Of a stretch of DNA of 38,835 nucleotides, positions 9,132-17,059 are shown piece after piece. Source of the stretch: Candidatus Berkelbacteria bacterium CG06_land_8_20_14_3_00_43_10 (GTDB lineage Bacteria > Patescibacteriota > UBA1384 > GWA2-35-9 > CG2-30-43-20); assembly GCA_002780235.1 (NCBI GenBank), contig PEVO01000025.1, positions 305-39,139 on the forward strand, read 5' to 3'. Position 1 is the first letter of the stretch. The number at the start of each line of letters is the position of its first letter. A program made the translations under genes and the position numbers. A model generated the notes under the pieces. It was not told the origin of the DNA, ran no database searches, and was given only the letters and a program-made list of their open reading frames with translations.

Positions 9132-10064
9132 TCATAGGAGTGATGGTTGGGTATGGTTTTGTTTAATCCGAGTTGACGTTGGTAGTCGCTTGATAAGCGA
9201 TTTGAAGCCGAGTTTTTCTAATTCTTTGACCACGCGAGGGTGGTCAAAGTCTTTGAGCGTCGCCGATTCTAAATCAATGGTAACCGGCGCATCGGTCGCG
9301 ATGGTTGCCAGTGTCAAAGAAAGGTCTGCTTCTTTTTTGCCGTTGACGAGCTTTGTCGCAACCGCGGGAGCAATATCACCGCAGTGCGCGTAAATATCAT
9401 CCAGATGCCCATACGTTTGGATCAGTGTGGTCGCCGTTTTTTCTCCAACCCCTGCGACCCCCGGTATATTGTCGCTCGCATCTCCACGCAGCGCCTTGTA
9501 ATCGACCATAAACTCGGGTCCAAACCCGTATTTTTTTACCACTCCTTCGCTATCAATGAGCATCGGTTCGCGCAGACTCCCATTTGACGGCGTCATGACA
9601 CTCACGCGGTCATTAATCAGCTGAAACACGTCGTTATCCCCTGTTACGATAATGATTTTACTATTTTCATTTTGGTTTTGATTTTTATACTTTTCGCTTT
9701 TAACTATTCGGCACATCGTGCCGATAATGTCGTCTGCTTCATACCCTTTACACCCGATGTGCGGGATAGCAAACGCATCAAGCAGATGTTTGATAAGGGG
9801 GAATTGGTCGTAAAGACTTTGAGGCGCTTTTTGGCGCGTTGCTTTATACGCGTCATAGAGTGTATCGCGAAAGGTCGGTCCTGGCTCGTCAAACGCAACG
9901 CAGACCCATTTTGGGTGCACGCTTGCGAGAGCAGACAAAAAAATAGAAAAAAAACCATATACCGCGTTTACCAACTTCCCGTCGGGTGCATTAAGCGGTG
10001 GGATAGCATGGAATGCGCGGTGGACAAACGCGTTTCCGTCGATAAGCATGAGAGTGTTGTTCAT
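9132..10064 (-). CDS. stand-alone 5'-3' exonuclease (Pol I N-terminal / FEN-like)
   Basis: 310 aa with LIDGNAFVHRAFHA, VTGDNDVFQL and the H3TH motif GDASDNIPGVAGVGEKTA. No polymerase domain follows. Confidence 0.85.
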   Translation of the reverse strand: MNNTLMLIDGNAFVHRAFHAIPPLNAPDGKLVNAVYGFFSIFLSALASVHPKWVCVAFDEPGPTFRDTLYDAYKATRQKAPQSLYDQFPLIKHLLDAFAIPHIGCKGYEADDIIGTMCRIVKSEKYKNQNQNENSKIIIVTGDNDVFQLINDRVSVMTPSNGSLREPMLIDSEGVVKKYGFGPEFMVDYKALRGDASDNIPGVAGVGEKTATTLIQTYGHLDDIYAHCGDIAPAVATKLVNGKKEADLSLTLATIATDAPVTIDLESATLKDFDHPRVVKELEKLGFKSLIKRLPTSTRIKQNHTQPSLL

Positions 10065-10065
10065 A

Positions 10066-10150
10066 TATTAGATAACTGGTAACTGGTAACTGGCAGATTG
10101 AAAATGAGTAATTAGCTAACGAGTAACTAGTTCTCAAATTAACTAGTTAA
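10066..10150. repeat. TAACTGG / AACTAGTTA short tandem and inverted repeats
   Basis: Contains TAACTGGTAACTGGTAACTGG, then GAGTAACTAGTT-N8-AACTAGTTAACTAGTTACTC. Located between the dnaB stop and the exonuclease start. Confidence 0.6.
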
Positions 10151-11551
10151 CTAGTTACTCCCCTCCTTTATTCTGCTTTTCTCTATCGTTGCGAATTTCA
10201 TCTGTTCGGGGACAAAATAGAGATCAACGTTACCGGTCGGTCCATTTCTGTGTTTGCGCACCAGAATCTCCGCGATATTTTTCTTGTCGCTGTCCGGTTC
10301 GTAGTAATCTTCTCGGTAAATAAACATGACCACGTCCGCATCTTGTTCGATACTCCCACTTTCGCGTAGATCGGCAAGTTGCGGGATTTTAGGGTGACGC
10401 ATTTCAACAGCGCGCGACAGCTGGGACAGCGCAATCACGGGGACATTTAATTCGCGTGCGATCGCTTTTATCCCACGCGATATCTCCGATATCTCTTGCA
10501 CTCTGTTGGCATCGCCCGTGCGTGTGCGCCCTTGCATCAACTGCAGATAATCGATAATAATAAGCCCCAACCCTTTTTCTGCCTGCAGACGCCGTGCTTT
10601 TGCGCGCATCTCCATAATGTTGATGAGCGGCGAATCATCGATGTAGATCGGCGCTTCCGACAGCACCCCCATCGCCTGTCCGATGCGGGGAAAATCCTCA
10701 TCAGACAAATTACCCGTGCGCAACTTCCATGAATCGACCGATGCTTCTGCAACAAGGAGTCTATCAACAAGCTGGTCTTTGCTTTGTTCTAGAGAAAAGA
10801 TACCCACGGGGATATTGCCTTTTATTGCGGCAAACGACGCGATATTGAGCGCAAGAGTTGTCTTTCCCATGCTCGGACGCGCAGCAAGAATAATAAGATC
10901 AGACGGTTGCATGCCGGCGAGCAGATTATCGAGGTCTTTATACCCTGTCGACACCCCACGCAACACCCCTTTGCTTTTATGCAACTCATCGATCCGCTCA
11001 AACGTTTGCGACAAGATCTCCTGAATGGGGGTAAAACTTTCACGCAGAAAATGCTGGGAAACGCTGTAAAGCAATTTTTCTGATTCATCGATCAGCGCAT
11101 CGGTTTCTGTATCGCCAGAAAACCCGAGTTCGATAATCTTACTCCCCGCAGCGATAAGGTTACGCATCGTGGCGTCCCGAGCGACAATCGCGGCATATGA
11201 TTCGATATGTGCCGACGACGCAACCGATGCAACTAACGATGACAGATAGCTCGCGCCGCCCACATCGGTGAGTGTTTTGTCTTTTTCTAGTTTGTCAGAA
11301 AGAGTCAAGACATCGATCGGTTGGCGTTTTTCTGTAAGCGTGACCATCGCCTCAAAAATAGTTGCATGCGCGGGGCGATAAAAATCGTGTGCCGTGACGC
11401 TATCGGCAACTCGGAACATCGCATCTTTATCTTGGAGTATCGCGCCGAGAAGCGATTGTTCCGCTTCGATATTTTGTGGAGGGACCGTTCCCACGGGGAA
11501 GGTGATGGGAGTTTTTGGTCTTTTTTTGGTATCTTTTTCGTTTGCCATCAT
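10151..11551 (-). CDS. dnaB: replicative DNA helicase
   Basis: 466 aa with Walker A ARPSMGKTT, IIDYLQLM and a DnaB N-terminal domain. Its ATG overlaps the dnaX TGA (ATGA). Confidence 0.95.
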   Translation of the reverse strand: MMANEKDTKKRPKTPITFPVGTVPPQNIEAEQSLLGAILQDKDAMFRVADSVTAHDFYRPAHATIFEAMVTLTEKRQPIDVLTLSDKLEKDKTLTDVGGASYLSSLVASVASSAHIESYAAIVARDATMRNLIAAGSKIIELGFSGDTETDALIDESEKLLYSVSQHFLRESFTPIQEILSQTFERIDELHKSKGVLRGVSTGYKDLDNLLAGMQPSDLIILAARPSMGKTTLALNIASFAAIKGNIPVGIFSLEQSKDQLVDRLLVAEASVDSWKLRTGNLSDEDFPRIGQAMGVLSEAPIYIDDSPLINIMEMRAKARRLQAEKGLGLIIIDYLQLMQGRTRTGDANRVQEISEISRGIKAIARELNVPVIALSQLSRAVEMRHPKIPQLADLRESGSIEQDADVVMFIYREDYYEPDSDKKNIAEILVRKHRNGPTGNVDLYFVPEQMKFATIEKSRIKEGSN

Positions 11552-13089
11552 GCTCCTTCAAATATCGCGACCGCTTCGTCGACAAGGTCAGGATATTCTT
11601 GTGATTCTCGTTTTTTTACATACGACGGGTCAATAATACACTCGACGATATACGGACTCCCGGCGATTTGCGTAATTGCTGCTTCGACGAGCGGCAGATT
11701 GGTTTTGCTTGCAATTTTATTTTTATGAAACGCAAACGACACGGCGATGGTCGCTTTCCCGTCGATTGCACTCACAATATGGCTTCCTTCGAGCAGGGCG
11801 GCGAGTGACGCGTTTTTATCGCGCAGTGAGCGGATGAGTGTATGCCATGATTCATCGGAGAGCTGTGGCGTGGGTGTGCTTTGTATCGCGATGGGTATTT
11901 TTTTATCAACAGGGTCTTTCATCACGACACGGGGAGTATTTACCGTATGATCGGCGTGTGCGGTTTCTGGCGCAGGTGGCGTTATCGTATCGATCTGCGG
12001 CGTGTCATCTGCTTGGTGCGTTGCCGTTTGCTCTGCAATAAACAGTTCAAGAGGTAACCGGGGCGATGGAGATGATTTGAGTTGACCCAGTGAATGTATT
12101 AACCCGTTGATCCATGCGACAGCATGGGAAGTATCAACTAAGCGGAGCCGTTTACGTGCCTCCCCCAGCGCTTGCGCGATAAATACGCCGGGGTCTCCTC
12201 CGCTTTCAAAAAAATCATCGACAACGGCGAGTGCATCTGTGCGGTTACACTTTTCGAGCGCACCAAAAAAACGCTGGATTTCAGTGATAGATGAAAGACC
12301 GATCACCGCGCGGATGCGGTCGCTATCCACCGACTGCACGCCACTCGATACTTGGTCAAACAGCATCACTGCATCACGGAACGACCCTTCTGCAAGCGAC
12401 GCAAGGAGAGCCGCAGAGTCTGCATCGATCTTCTTTTTCTCCGTTTTCGCGATCGCCATAATATGGTCGGCGAGCATCGCTTCTGTTGCACGGATAAAAT
12501 TAAACTGTTGCACGCGCGAGAGTATGGTTGCAGGGACTTTATGAGGTTCTGTTGTCGCAAGAATGAACATGCAATGCATAGGTGGTTCTTCGAGCGTTTT
12601 TAGCAGCGCGTTAAACGCCTCTTTAGTAAGCATATGCACCTCGTCGATGATGATAACCTTTTTTGCGCACACCGATGGGGGGAACTTGATATGTTCGCGC
12701 AACCCGCGTATCTCATCGATCCCGCGGTTGCTCGCCGCATCGATCTCCAACACATCGAGTGCGTTCCCTTTGGTTATGGCGATGCAGGTGGGACAGGTGT
12801 TGCAAGGTTCGGAATCCGTATTAGGTATTAGGTATTTGGTATTAGGCGATGTATCAGAATCTTTTTTTGTGCCTACCCCCGTATACCGACTACCTACTAC
12901 CTCTTTGCAGTTGACTGCCTTAGCTAGCAACCGCGCCGTTGTCGTTTTGCCGAGCCCCGGCGGACCAGAAAACAGATACGCATGCCCAACAGTGCCCGAT
13001 GTAAGTGCATTTAAAAGCGTTGTCCGGATATGATCCTGACCGATAAGATCGCTAAATTGTTGGGGGCGGTGGGTGTGATATAAAGCCAT
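11548..13089 (-). CDS. dnaX: DNA polymerase III subunit gamma/tau
   Basis: 513 aa with GPPGLGKTT, IIDEVHML, SRVQ and Zn-module cysteines C61/C96/C99/C102. Confidence 0.9.
   Translation of the reverse strand: MALYHTHRPQQFSDLIGQDHIRTTLLNALTSGTVGHAYLFSGPPGLGKTTTARLLAKAVNCKEVVGSRYTGVGTKKDSDTSPNTKYLIPNTDSEPCNTCPTCIAITKGNALDVLEIDAASNRGIDEIRGLREHIKFPPSVCAKKVIIIDEVHMLTKEAFNALLKTLEEPPMHCMFILATTEPHKVPATILSRVQQFNFIRATEAMLADHIMAIAKTEKKKIDADSAALLASLAEGSFRDAVMLFDQVSSGVQSVDSDRIRAVIGLSSITEIQRFFGALEKCNRTDALAVVDDFFESGGDPGVFIAQALGEARKRLRLVDTSHAVAWINGLIHSLGQLKSSPSPRLPLELFIAEQTATHQADDTPQIDTITPPAPETAHADHTVNTPRVVMKDPVDKKIPIAIQSTPTPQLSDESWHTLIRSLRDKNASLAALLEGSHIVSAIDGKATIAVSFAFHKNKIASKTNLPLVEAAITQIAGSPYIVECIIDPSYVKKRESQEYPDLVDEAVAIFEGA
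12808..12903. repeat. GGTATTAGGTA / CTACCTACTACC repeat block in-frame inside dnaX
   Basis: The plus strand reads GTATTAGGTATTAGGTATTTGGTATTAGG ... CGACTACCTACTACC. The same word family forms the intergenic array at 28534-28614. Confidence 0.6.
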
Positions 13090-13237
13090 AATAATTAGAT
13101 AAAAGTTGAAAGTATAAAGTATAAAAATGAATAGATTTTAATTTTATACTTTTAGTTTTTAACTATTCTCATAACACATTTATTTGCGTATTTTGTCAAT
13201 CATATACCTTTGTTCACACATGGGGAAAACCAGGGAG

Positions 13238-13280
13238 TAGAAAAGAAAAACCGACGGGGAAACGAAGTTCCCAATCGGTT
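13238..13280 (-). terminator. intrinsic terminator after the 13305..13700 gene
   Basis: The minus strand reads AACCGATTGGGAAC-TTCG-TTTCCCCGTCGGTT followed by TTTTCTTTTC. Confidence 0.5.
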
Positions 13281-13304
13281 CAGTTGTGCGACGACGTTGA
13301 GTCG

Positions 13305-13700
13305 TTATGATGATTTCTTTGGGCGACCAAAGAGACCCTTTTTTGGTTTTTGTTCTTGATCTGCAGGTGCTGGTGGATGTGGTGAAAAATGACGTTTTTG
13401 CGACGCTCCTTTGTCTTTTTCTCCAACATACAGTTGCATGGTTGTGCGAACTTCTGGTCGTTGCTTTTTTTGTTTAACCGGTCGAGGACGAGAATCGGTT
13501 GCTCGTTTGGCTGGTTTTGTATCGGTGACGTTTGTGTCGCGCTTACGGGAATACGTTGTAAAACAATGATATATTCCGACAAGCAATACGATATCAAAGA
13601 GCCACCATATGATTGGGACAAGAAATCCCAGCACAAACGTGCTAAACACTGTTGTGACGAGAAGTATGTTGAATATCCTTGGACATATTTTCTGTTTCAC
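13305..13700 (-). CDS. small membrane protein, PLDc_N-like N-terminus with basic tail
   Basis: 131 aa with two TM helices (VPIIWWLFDIVLLVGIYH resembles the cardiolipin-synthase N-terminal motif). GTG start sits 6 nt after GGGAGG. Confidence 0.5.
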   Translation of the reverse strand: MKQKICPRIFNILLVTTVFSTFVLGFLVPIIWWLFDIVLLVGIYHCFTTYSRKRDTNVTDTKPAKRATDSRPRPVKQKKQRPEVRTTMQLYVGEKDKGASQKRHFSPHPPAPADQEQKPKKGLFGRPKKSS

Positions 13701-13703
13701 TCA

Positions 13704-14018
13704 TTACCTCCCAAGTTTGTGTGATATGTGAAGTTCGTAAAAAAAGAGGCAGGCGCATGCACCGCCGAATTCGAATCCAATCCGGACGATTTGATAGATG
13801 TCACCTGTCCGTACGTTTTGTTCAAACAAGAAATACAAAACGTACATACCGACTATTGCAGCGATGCTAGAATACGCAAATACTCCAGCCGACCGCAGGT
13901 TTTTCCATGTCGCGTAGTTTTTACGATTGTTTTTCGCTCTGCAAAAGATTACATAGAGCGAAAAGAATATCAAAAAACCAATAATGACAAAAATGCTCAT
14001 CGCTCCATATGGTATCAT
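13704..14018 (-). CDS. hypothetical membrane protein
   Basis: 104 aa with about 3 TM helices and a GGAG SD 8 nt upstream. Its stop abuts the next gene's SD, so the two look like an operon. Confidence 0.5.
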   Translation of the reverse strand: MIPYGAMSIFVIIGFLIFFSLYVIFCRAKNNRKNYATWKNLRSAGVFAYSSIAAIVGMYVLYFLFEQNVRTGDIYQIVRIGFEFGGACACLFFYELHISHKLGR

Positions 14019-14137
14019 CGCATGCTCTCCACAATCAGAATGGTCAAGGTCGCTTGTTTATTTGATCACAAAAAATATACTCCTGAACAGGTGTAATGTC
14101 AATAACAGTTTTGACTAATCGATAGATCGTGTGCAAC

Positions 14138-14578
14138 TTATATCAGAAACATACTATAAACTATAAGCGCGCCGATAATACGAACGATATAGAACACAGG
14201 AATCTGTAATTTTCCGACAGAAACCCATTGGTGCCACGGTGTGCCCTGTGCGTTAAATTTAGAAAACGGGTAGACGGGGTTGACCACAAACCACATAAAA
14301 TCCTCTACGGTCGTTCCCAAAAGGTAGGCAAAAACCAACACCCAAAACAGGTGTGTATCCCACCCGATAAGTGCAAACGGTATAGCAAGCAGAAGCGGTA
14401 TCATCACCCAGTAGAGCCAAAAATGATAAGCAGTGTAGGTGAAACTGCTCATTTTTATCTTCCATCCAACTTGGTTTTTTGCCCAGCCCTCTGGTCCTTC
14501 TATATACGCTTCCCAAAAAGCAGTCGCAACCATTGCGCCTTGTACCAAACCAAACACGATCCAATCACTTGGTGTCAT
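14138..14578 (-). CDS. hypothetical membrane protein
   Basis: 146 aa, Trp-rich, about 4 TM helices. Weak SD. Confidence 0.5.
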   Translation of the reverse strand: MTPSDWIVFGLVQGAMVATAFWEAYIEGPEGWAKNQVGWKIKMSSFTYTAYHFWLYWVMIPLLLAIPFALIGWDTHLFWVLVFAYLLGTTVEDFMWFVVNPVYPFSKFNAQGTPWHQWVSVGKLQIPVFYIVRIIGALIVYSMFLI

Positions 14579-14778
14579 ATGAGCCTACGATAGCACCAAT
14601 TTAGAAAATAAAAAACCCACGGGTGAGAGCATCTCTTATGTTACACTACATCGAAAACCCCGACATTGCTCATTCTATGAATGTTCTGTTCGACTTAGCG
14701 TGGGAGAAGGGGAAGAAGGTTAAGTAAAAAACATTAAGGAACAAGCGTTCAGCGTGAAGGGATGATGGATTGAGTTAG

Positions 14779-15525
14779 TTATTTAATATCTTTTCCCGTC
14801 TCCCACAAAACCTCAAAGATGTTTGTAAAAACCTGTATAAGCAATTTGTCTTTTACCTCAATGAGGAGCGGTCTATCCGCGGAGTGCAGTAGAACACAAT
14901 CCGCCATCACATTAAAATTTCCTGGGTACGAATGAGGGCGTTTTATCAAACGATATTCGTTAATGGTTCTATCAAATCGTGCCAGATCTTGTTGGATATC
15001 TTCCTCGTTAAAAACGATCATTTTCCATTTTATTTTACGCCGTTTGCGGATAGCATCAATTTTTTTGGTGTAGTATGGCGTAATATGCTCGTGCCACTTT
15101 GGACCGATTGTCCCGGCGACTAAGTCTTCGCTTCCCACAGGTAAAGATTGATACTTGTTGAGCCAGTATTTTCGGTACGCTTCCACTCCTTCAAAAATGG
15201 TGATATCTGGTAGATCGCCACTGCGGATGCTTGATAGCTTCTTTGCGATCTCTGTCGCCGTATTAAGCTGGGATTGCGCCTCATCTACGAGTCGGTTGCT
15301 ATCGAGCGCCTGAAAGTGCTGGATGTTCTTTTTCTCAAGCTTAAATACGAGCGTTCGATCTATAAGCTTTTCGAGGGTTTCGTAGACGATATTTCGGTGT
15401 AAACCAGTTTTTTTGATAATGACGCCAGCTGGGGACTGCCCGTTTTCGACAAGAGCGGTGTAGGTAATCGCCTCATTTTTTGAAAGATGTAGTTGCTCAA
15501 GTTGTGAGATAATATCATTTTTCAT
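14779..15525 (-). CDS. TrmB-family transcriptional regulator (module 1)
   Basis: 248 aa. The N-terminal wHTH (LSKNEAITYTALVENGQSPAGVIIKKTGLHRNIVYETLEKLIDRTLV) is typical of TrmB. Paralogous to 17024..17794 and 20277..21026. Confidence 0.75.
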   Translation of the reverse strand: MKNDIISQLEQLHLSKNEAITYTALVENGQSPAGVIIKKTGLHRNIVYETLEKLIDRTLVFKLEKKNIQHFQALDSNRLVDEAQSQLNTATEIAKKLSSIRSGDLPDITIFEGVEAYRKYWLNKYQSLPVGSEDLVAGTIGPKWHEHITPYYTKKIDAIRKRRKIKWKMIVFNEEDIQQDLARFDRTINEYRLIKRPHSYPGNFNVMADCVLLHSADRPLLIEVKDKLLIQVFTNIFEVLWETGKDIK

Positions 15526-15533
15526 ACAATAAT

Positions 15534-15608
15534 ACTATATCAAAATAACCAGTAAAAGTCAATATGTCATCATAAAGTATTGACAAACATATACTTTTGT
15601 GCTATACT
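15534..15608. promoter_or_regulatory. back-to-back divergent promoters (module 1)
   Basis: Plus strand: TTGACA 15580-85, 17-nt spacer, TGcTATACT 15603-08. Minus strand: TTGACT (15562-57), 17-nt spacer, TATAGT (15539-34), then 8 nt to ATG 15525. Confidence 0.55.
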
Positions 15609-15658
15609 ATGTTGTTACGATCGAATTGGGTAACCAATGAGATACGAACGAACCAGAA

Positions 15659-15729
15659 CAATTTGAGCCCTTAGGAAACTTCAATCCCATTTTCCATGGA
15701 GAAGCAACAAGAGGGTTTGGAGAAAAGAT
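15659..15729 (+). promoter_or_regulatory. conserved SD-sequestering leader helix (copy 1)
   Basis: CAATTTGAGCCCT-N40-AGGGTTTGGAGAAAAGAT-ATG. The 5' arm can pair with AGGGTTTGGA, which includes GGA of the SD. Confidence 0.45.
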
Positions 15730-16182
15730 ATGAATGCATGTCAATTTAGACCTTGGGAAGCACCACTGTACATAGACCCTCCACAATGGTTTATGGTGGC
15801 AGCAACGGTTGTGTCATTAATCAGCATTTATTGGCTGATAGGATACCTATTTGGTCCGCTGTGTATGAGTTTCTACACAGCAGGGAAACAAGATGCTGCA
15901 ACGAAATTCTTTGAGAGGTTGAAGCCTTGGGTCTGGGTTGCATTTTGGCCCATACCGGTTGGTTTCATCCTTGTAATGATCGCCTTCGTGGTCGGAATGA
16001 TGTGCTTTGTGATTATGGGGATCATCAACAACATCGGTGAGATTGCGCTAATCATCGCTGGGTTAGCCGGTTTCGCAATCATCGCCGTTCTCGCTTGTGG
16101 CTTATGGGGGGTGTTAATCAATCCAAAATACTTCCCAAGGTTCAAAAGATGGACAAGAAGAATATTTTTGAATCCCGAATAG
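15730..16182 (+). CDS. small membrane protein smp1 (variable cargo, module 1)
   Basis: 150 aa with about 4 TM helices and a basic C-terminus. GGAG SD lies inside the conserved leader. Confidence 0.65.
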   Translation: MNACQFRPWEAPLYIDPPQWFMVAATVVSLISIYWLIGYLFGPLCMSFYTAGKQDAATKFFERLKPWVWVAFWPIPVGFILVMIAFVVGMMCFVIMGIINNIGEIALIIAGLAGFAIIAVLACGLWGVLINPKYFPRFKRWTRRIFLNPE

Positions 16183-16212
16183 TCGCTCTACGCACACTGT
16201 ATTAACAGAGCA

Positions 16213-16250
16213 AGCTCTGCGCCTTTATGGTGCGGAGCTTTTCTTTTGCC
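16213..16250 (+). terminator. intrinsic terminator (module 1)
   Basis: AGCTCTGCGCC-TTTAT-GGTGCGGAGC followed by TTTTCTTTTGCC. Confidence 0.6.
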
Positions 16251-16257
16251 AACGATT

Positions 16258-16689
16258 CTAGATCTGTTTGAGTATCATTTCCGGTGTGACCACCTGGAAG
16301 TGGAACGGGCTATCTTTCATCAAATCACCAAAATCTTTTTGGTCCAAAGTCACAAAGCAGTCAATGGGTAGCTTAAAGCAGATAGCGAGTATAGCAATAT
16401 CCTTTTTAACAACGAATTGAGTAGCGCGCTTGAGATCTTCAGGTTTTGGACTGGGGACTAGTTCAAAGGTATTCTTTTTAATTAGACCTTGGAAAACCTC
16501 ATGTAATTGATTATTGCCTTTTTGCAAAATATTTCTGGAAACCTCTGTGATGATGTCAGAAGAAGTATACGCCTTAACAAGACCGAGTTCTGCGGCATAT
16601 AATAAACTTCCCGATCCGCCCTCTGTGTTAAAAAGACCTGCAAGGATAACGCTTGAATCGAGTACGACTTTCAGCTTATTTGTGACCAT
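16258..16689 (-). CDS. vapC: PIN-domain toxin (VapC-like), module 1
   Basis: 143 aa starting VVLDSSVILAGL. Overlaps the upstream AbrB-like gene by 14 nt. Paralog of 22019..22453. Confidence 0.8.
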   Translation of the reverse strand: MVTNKLKVVLDSSVILAGLFNTEGGSGSLLYAAELGLVKAYTSSDIITEVSRNILQKGNNQLHEVFQGLIKKNTFELVPSPKPEDLKRATQFVVKKDIAILAICFKLPIDCFVTLDQKDFGDLMKDSPFHFQVVTPEMILKQI

Positions 16690-16927
16690 ACTTTTCGTCG
16701 TACATTTCTTGTCTTATTACATCCAAATCCGCAAGCATCTCATCAATGGGGTAGGGTTTGTTTTTGGTAATGTTTTGAGCTTCTTTGACTAATGATTTAT
16801 ATTTCGACAACACAAAACTATTACCAACCTGCGACAAGCTGATCTTACTTCCTTTGCGTAAATTTAAACTCTTCCGCACCGTTGACGGTAATGTAATCTG
16901 CCCCCGGTCTCGCATTTGTATATTCAT
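16676..16927 (-). CDS. vapB: AbrB/SpoVT-type antitoxin (VapB-like), module 1
   Basis: 83 aa with the swapped-hairpin motif RGQITLPSTVRKSLNLRKGSKISL. Confidence 0.75.
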   Translation of the reverse strand: MNIQMRDRGQITLPSTVRKSLNLRKGSKISLSQVGNSFVLSKYKSLVKEAQNITKNKPYPIDEMLADLDVIRQEMYDEKYGHK

Positions 16928-16946
16928 ATTATTATACCTTATAATC

Positions 16947-16975
16947 AGAATAAATCAGAAAATTCTATTTGTCAA
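16947..16975 (-). promoter_or_regulatory. vapBC-1 promoter
   Basis: On the minus strand: TTGACA (16975-70), 17-nt spacer, TATTCT (16952-47). TTCTGAT direct repeats overlap it. Confidence 0.4.
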
Positions 16976-17059
16976 CCCAATCTATCTTTTGATCGCATCC
17001 GGTTAGTGTAATTAGTAATTAGGTCAATTAGAAATTTCTCCCCCTGCTCCTTTCCACGC
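16968..17059. repeat. 92-nt duplicated segment (copy 1 of 2)
   Basis: Nearly identical to 19311..19401 (a few substitutions, 1 indel). Spans the 3' end of trmB-2 (..AWKGAGGEISN*) plus the downstream vapB -35 region. Confidence 0.85.

Noticed and set aside
9016-9393. A 125-aa plus-strand ORF begins MMLVIKSVKSKVCKVIKSKVYKIYKVYKVYKV.
   Set aside because: Its N-terminus is simply the translation of the 9-nt tandem repeat, and the rest is antisense to the exonuclease gene.
12862-12868. An A7 run (T7 on the plus strand) in dnaX resembles the A AAA AAG slippery site that produces the gamma subunit in E. coli.
   Set aside because: It lies at codons ~74-76, inside the repeat-derived insertion and within domain I. 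That is far too early to generate a functional gamma product, and no downstream stem-loop is evident.
13760-13795. GAATTCGAATCCAATCC resembles a tRNA T-arm (GGTTCGAATCC).
   Set aside because: The flanking sequence cannot form acceptor or T stems, and the site lies inside a well-supported membrane-protein ORF. I saw no tRNA, rRNA, tmRNA, RNase P or SRP RNA signature anywhere in the window.
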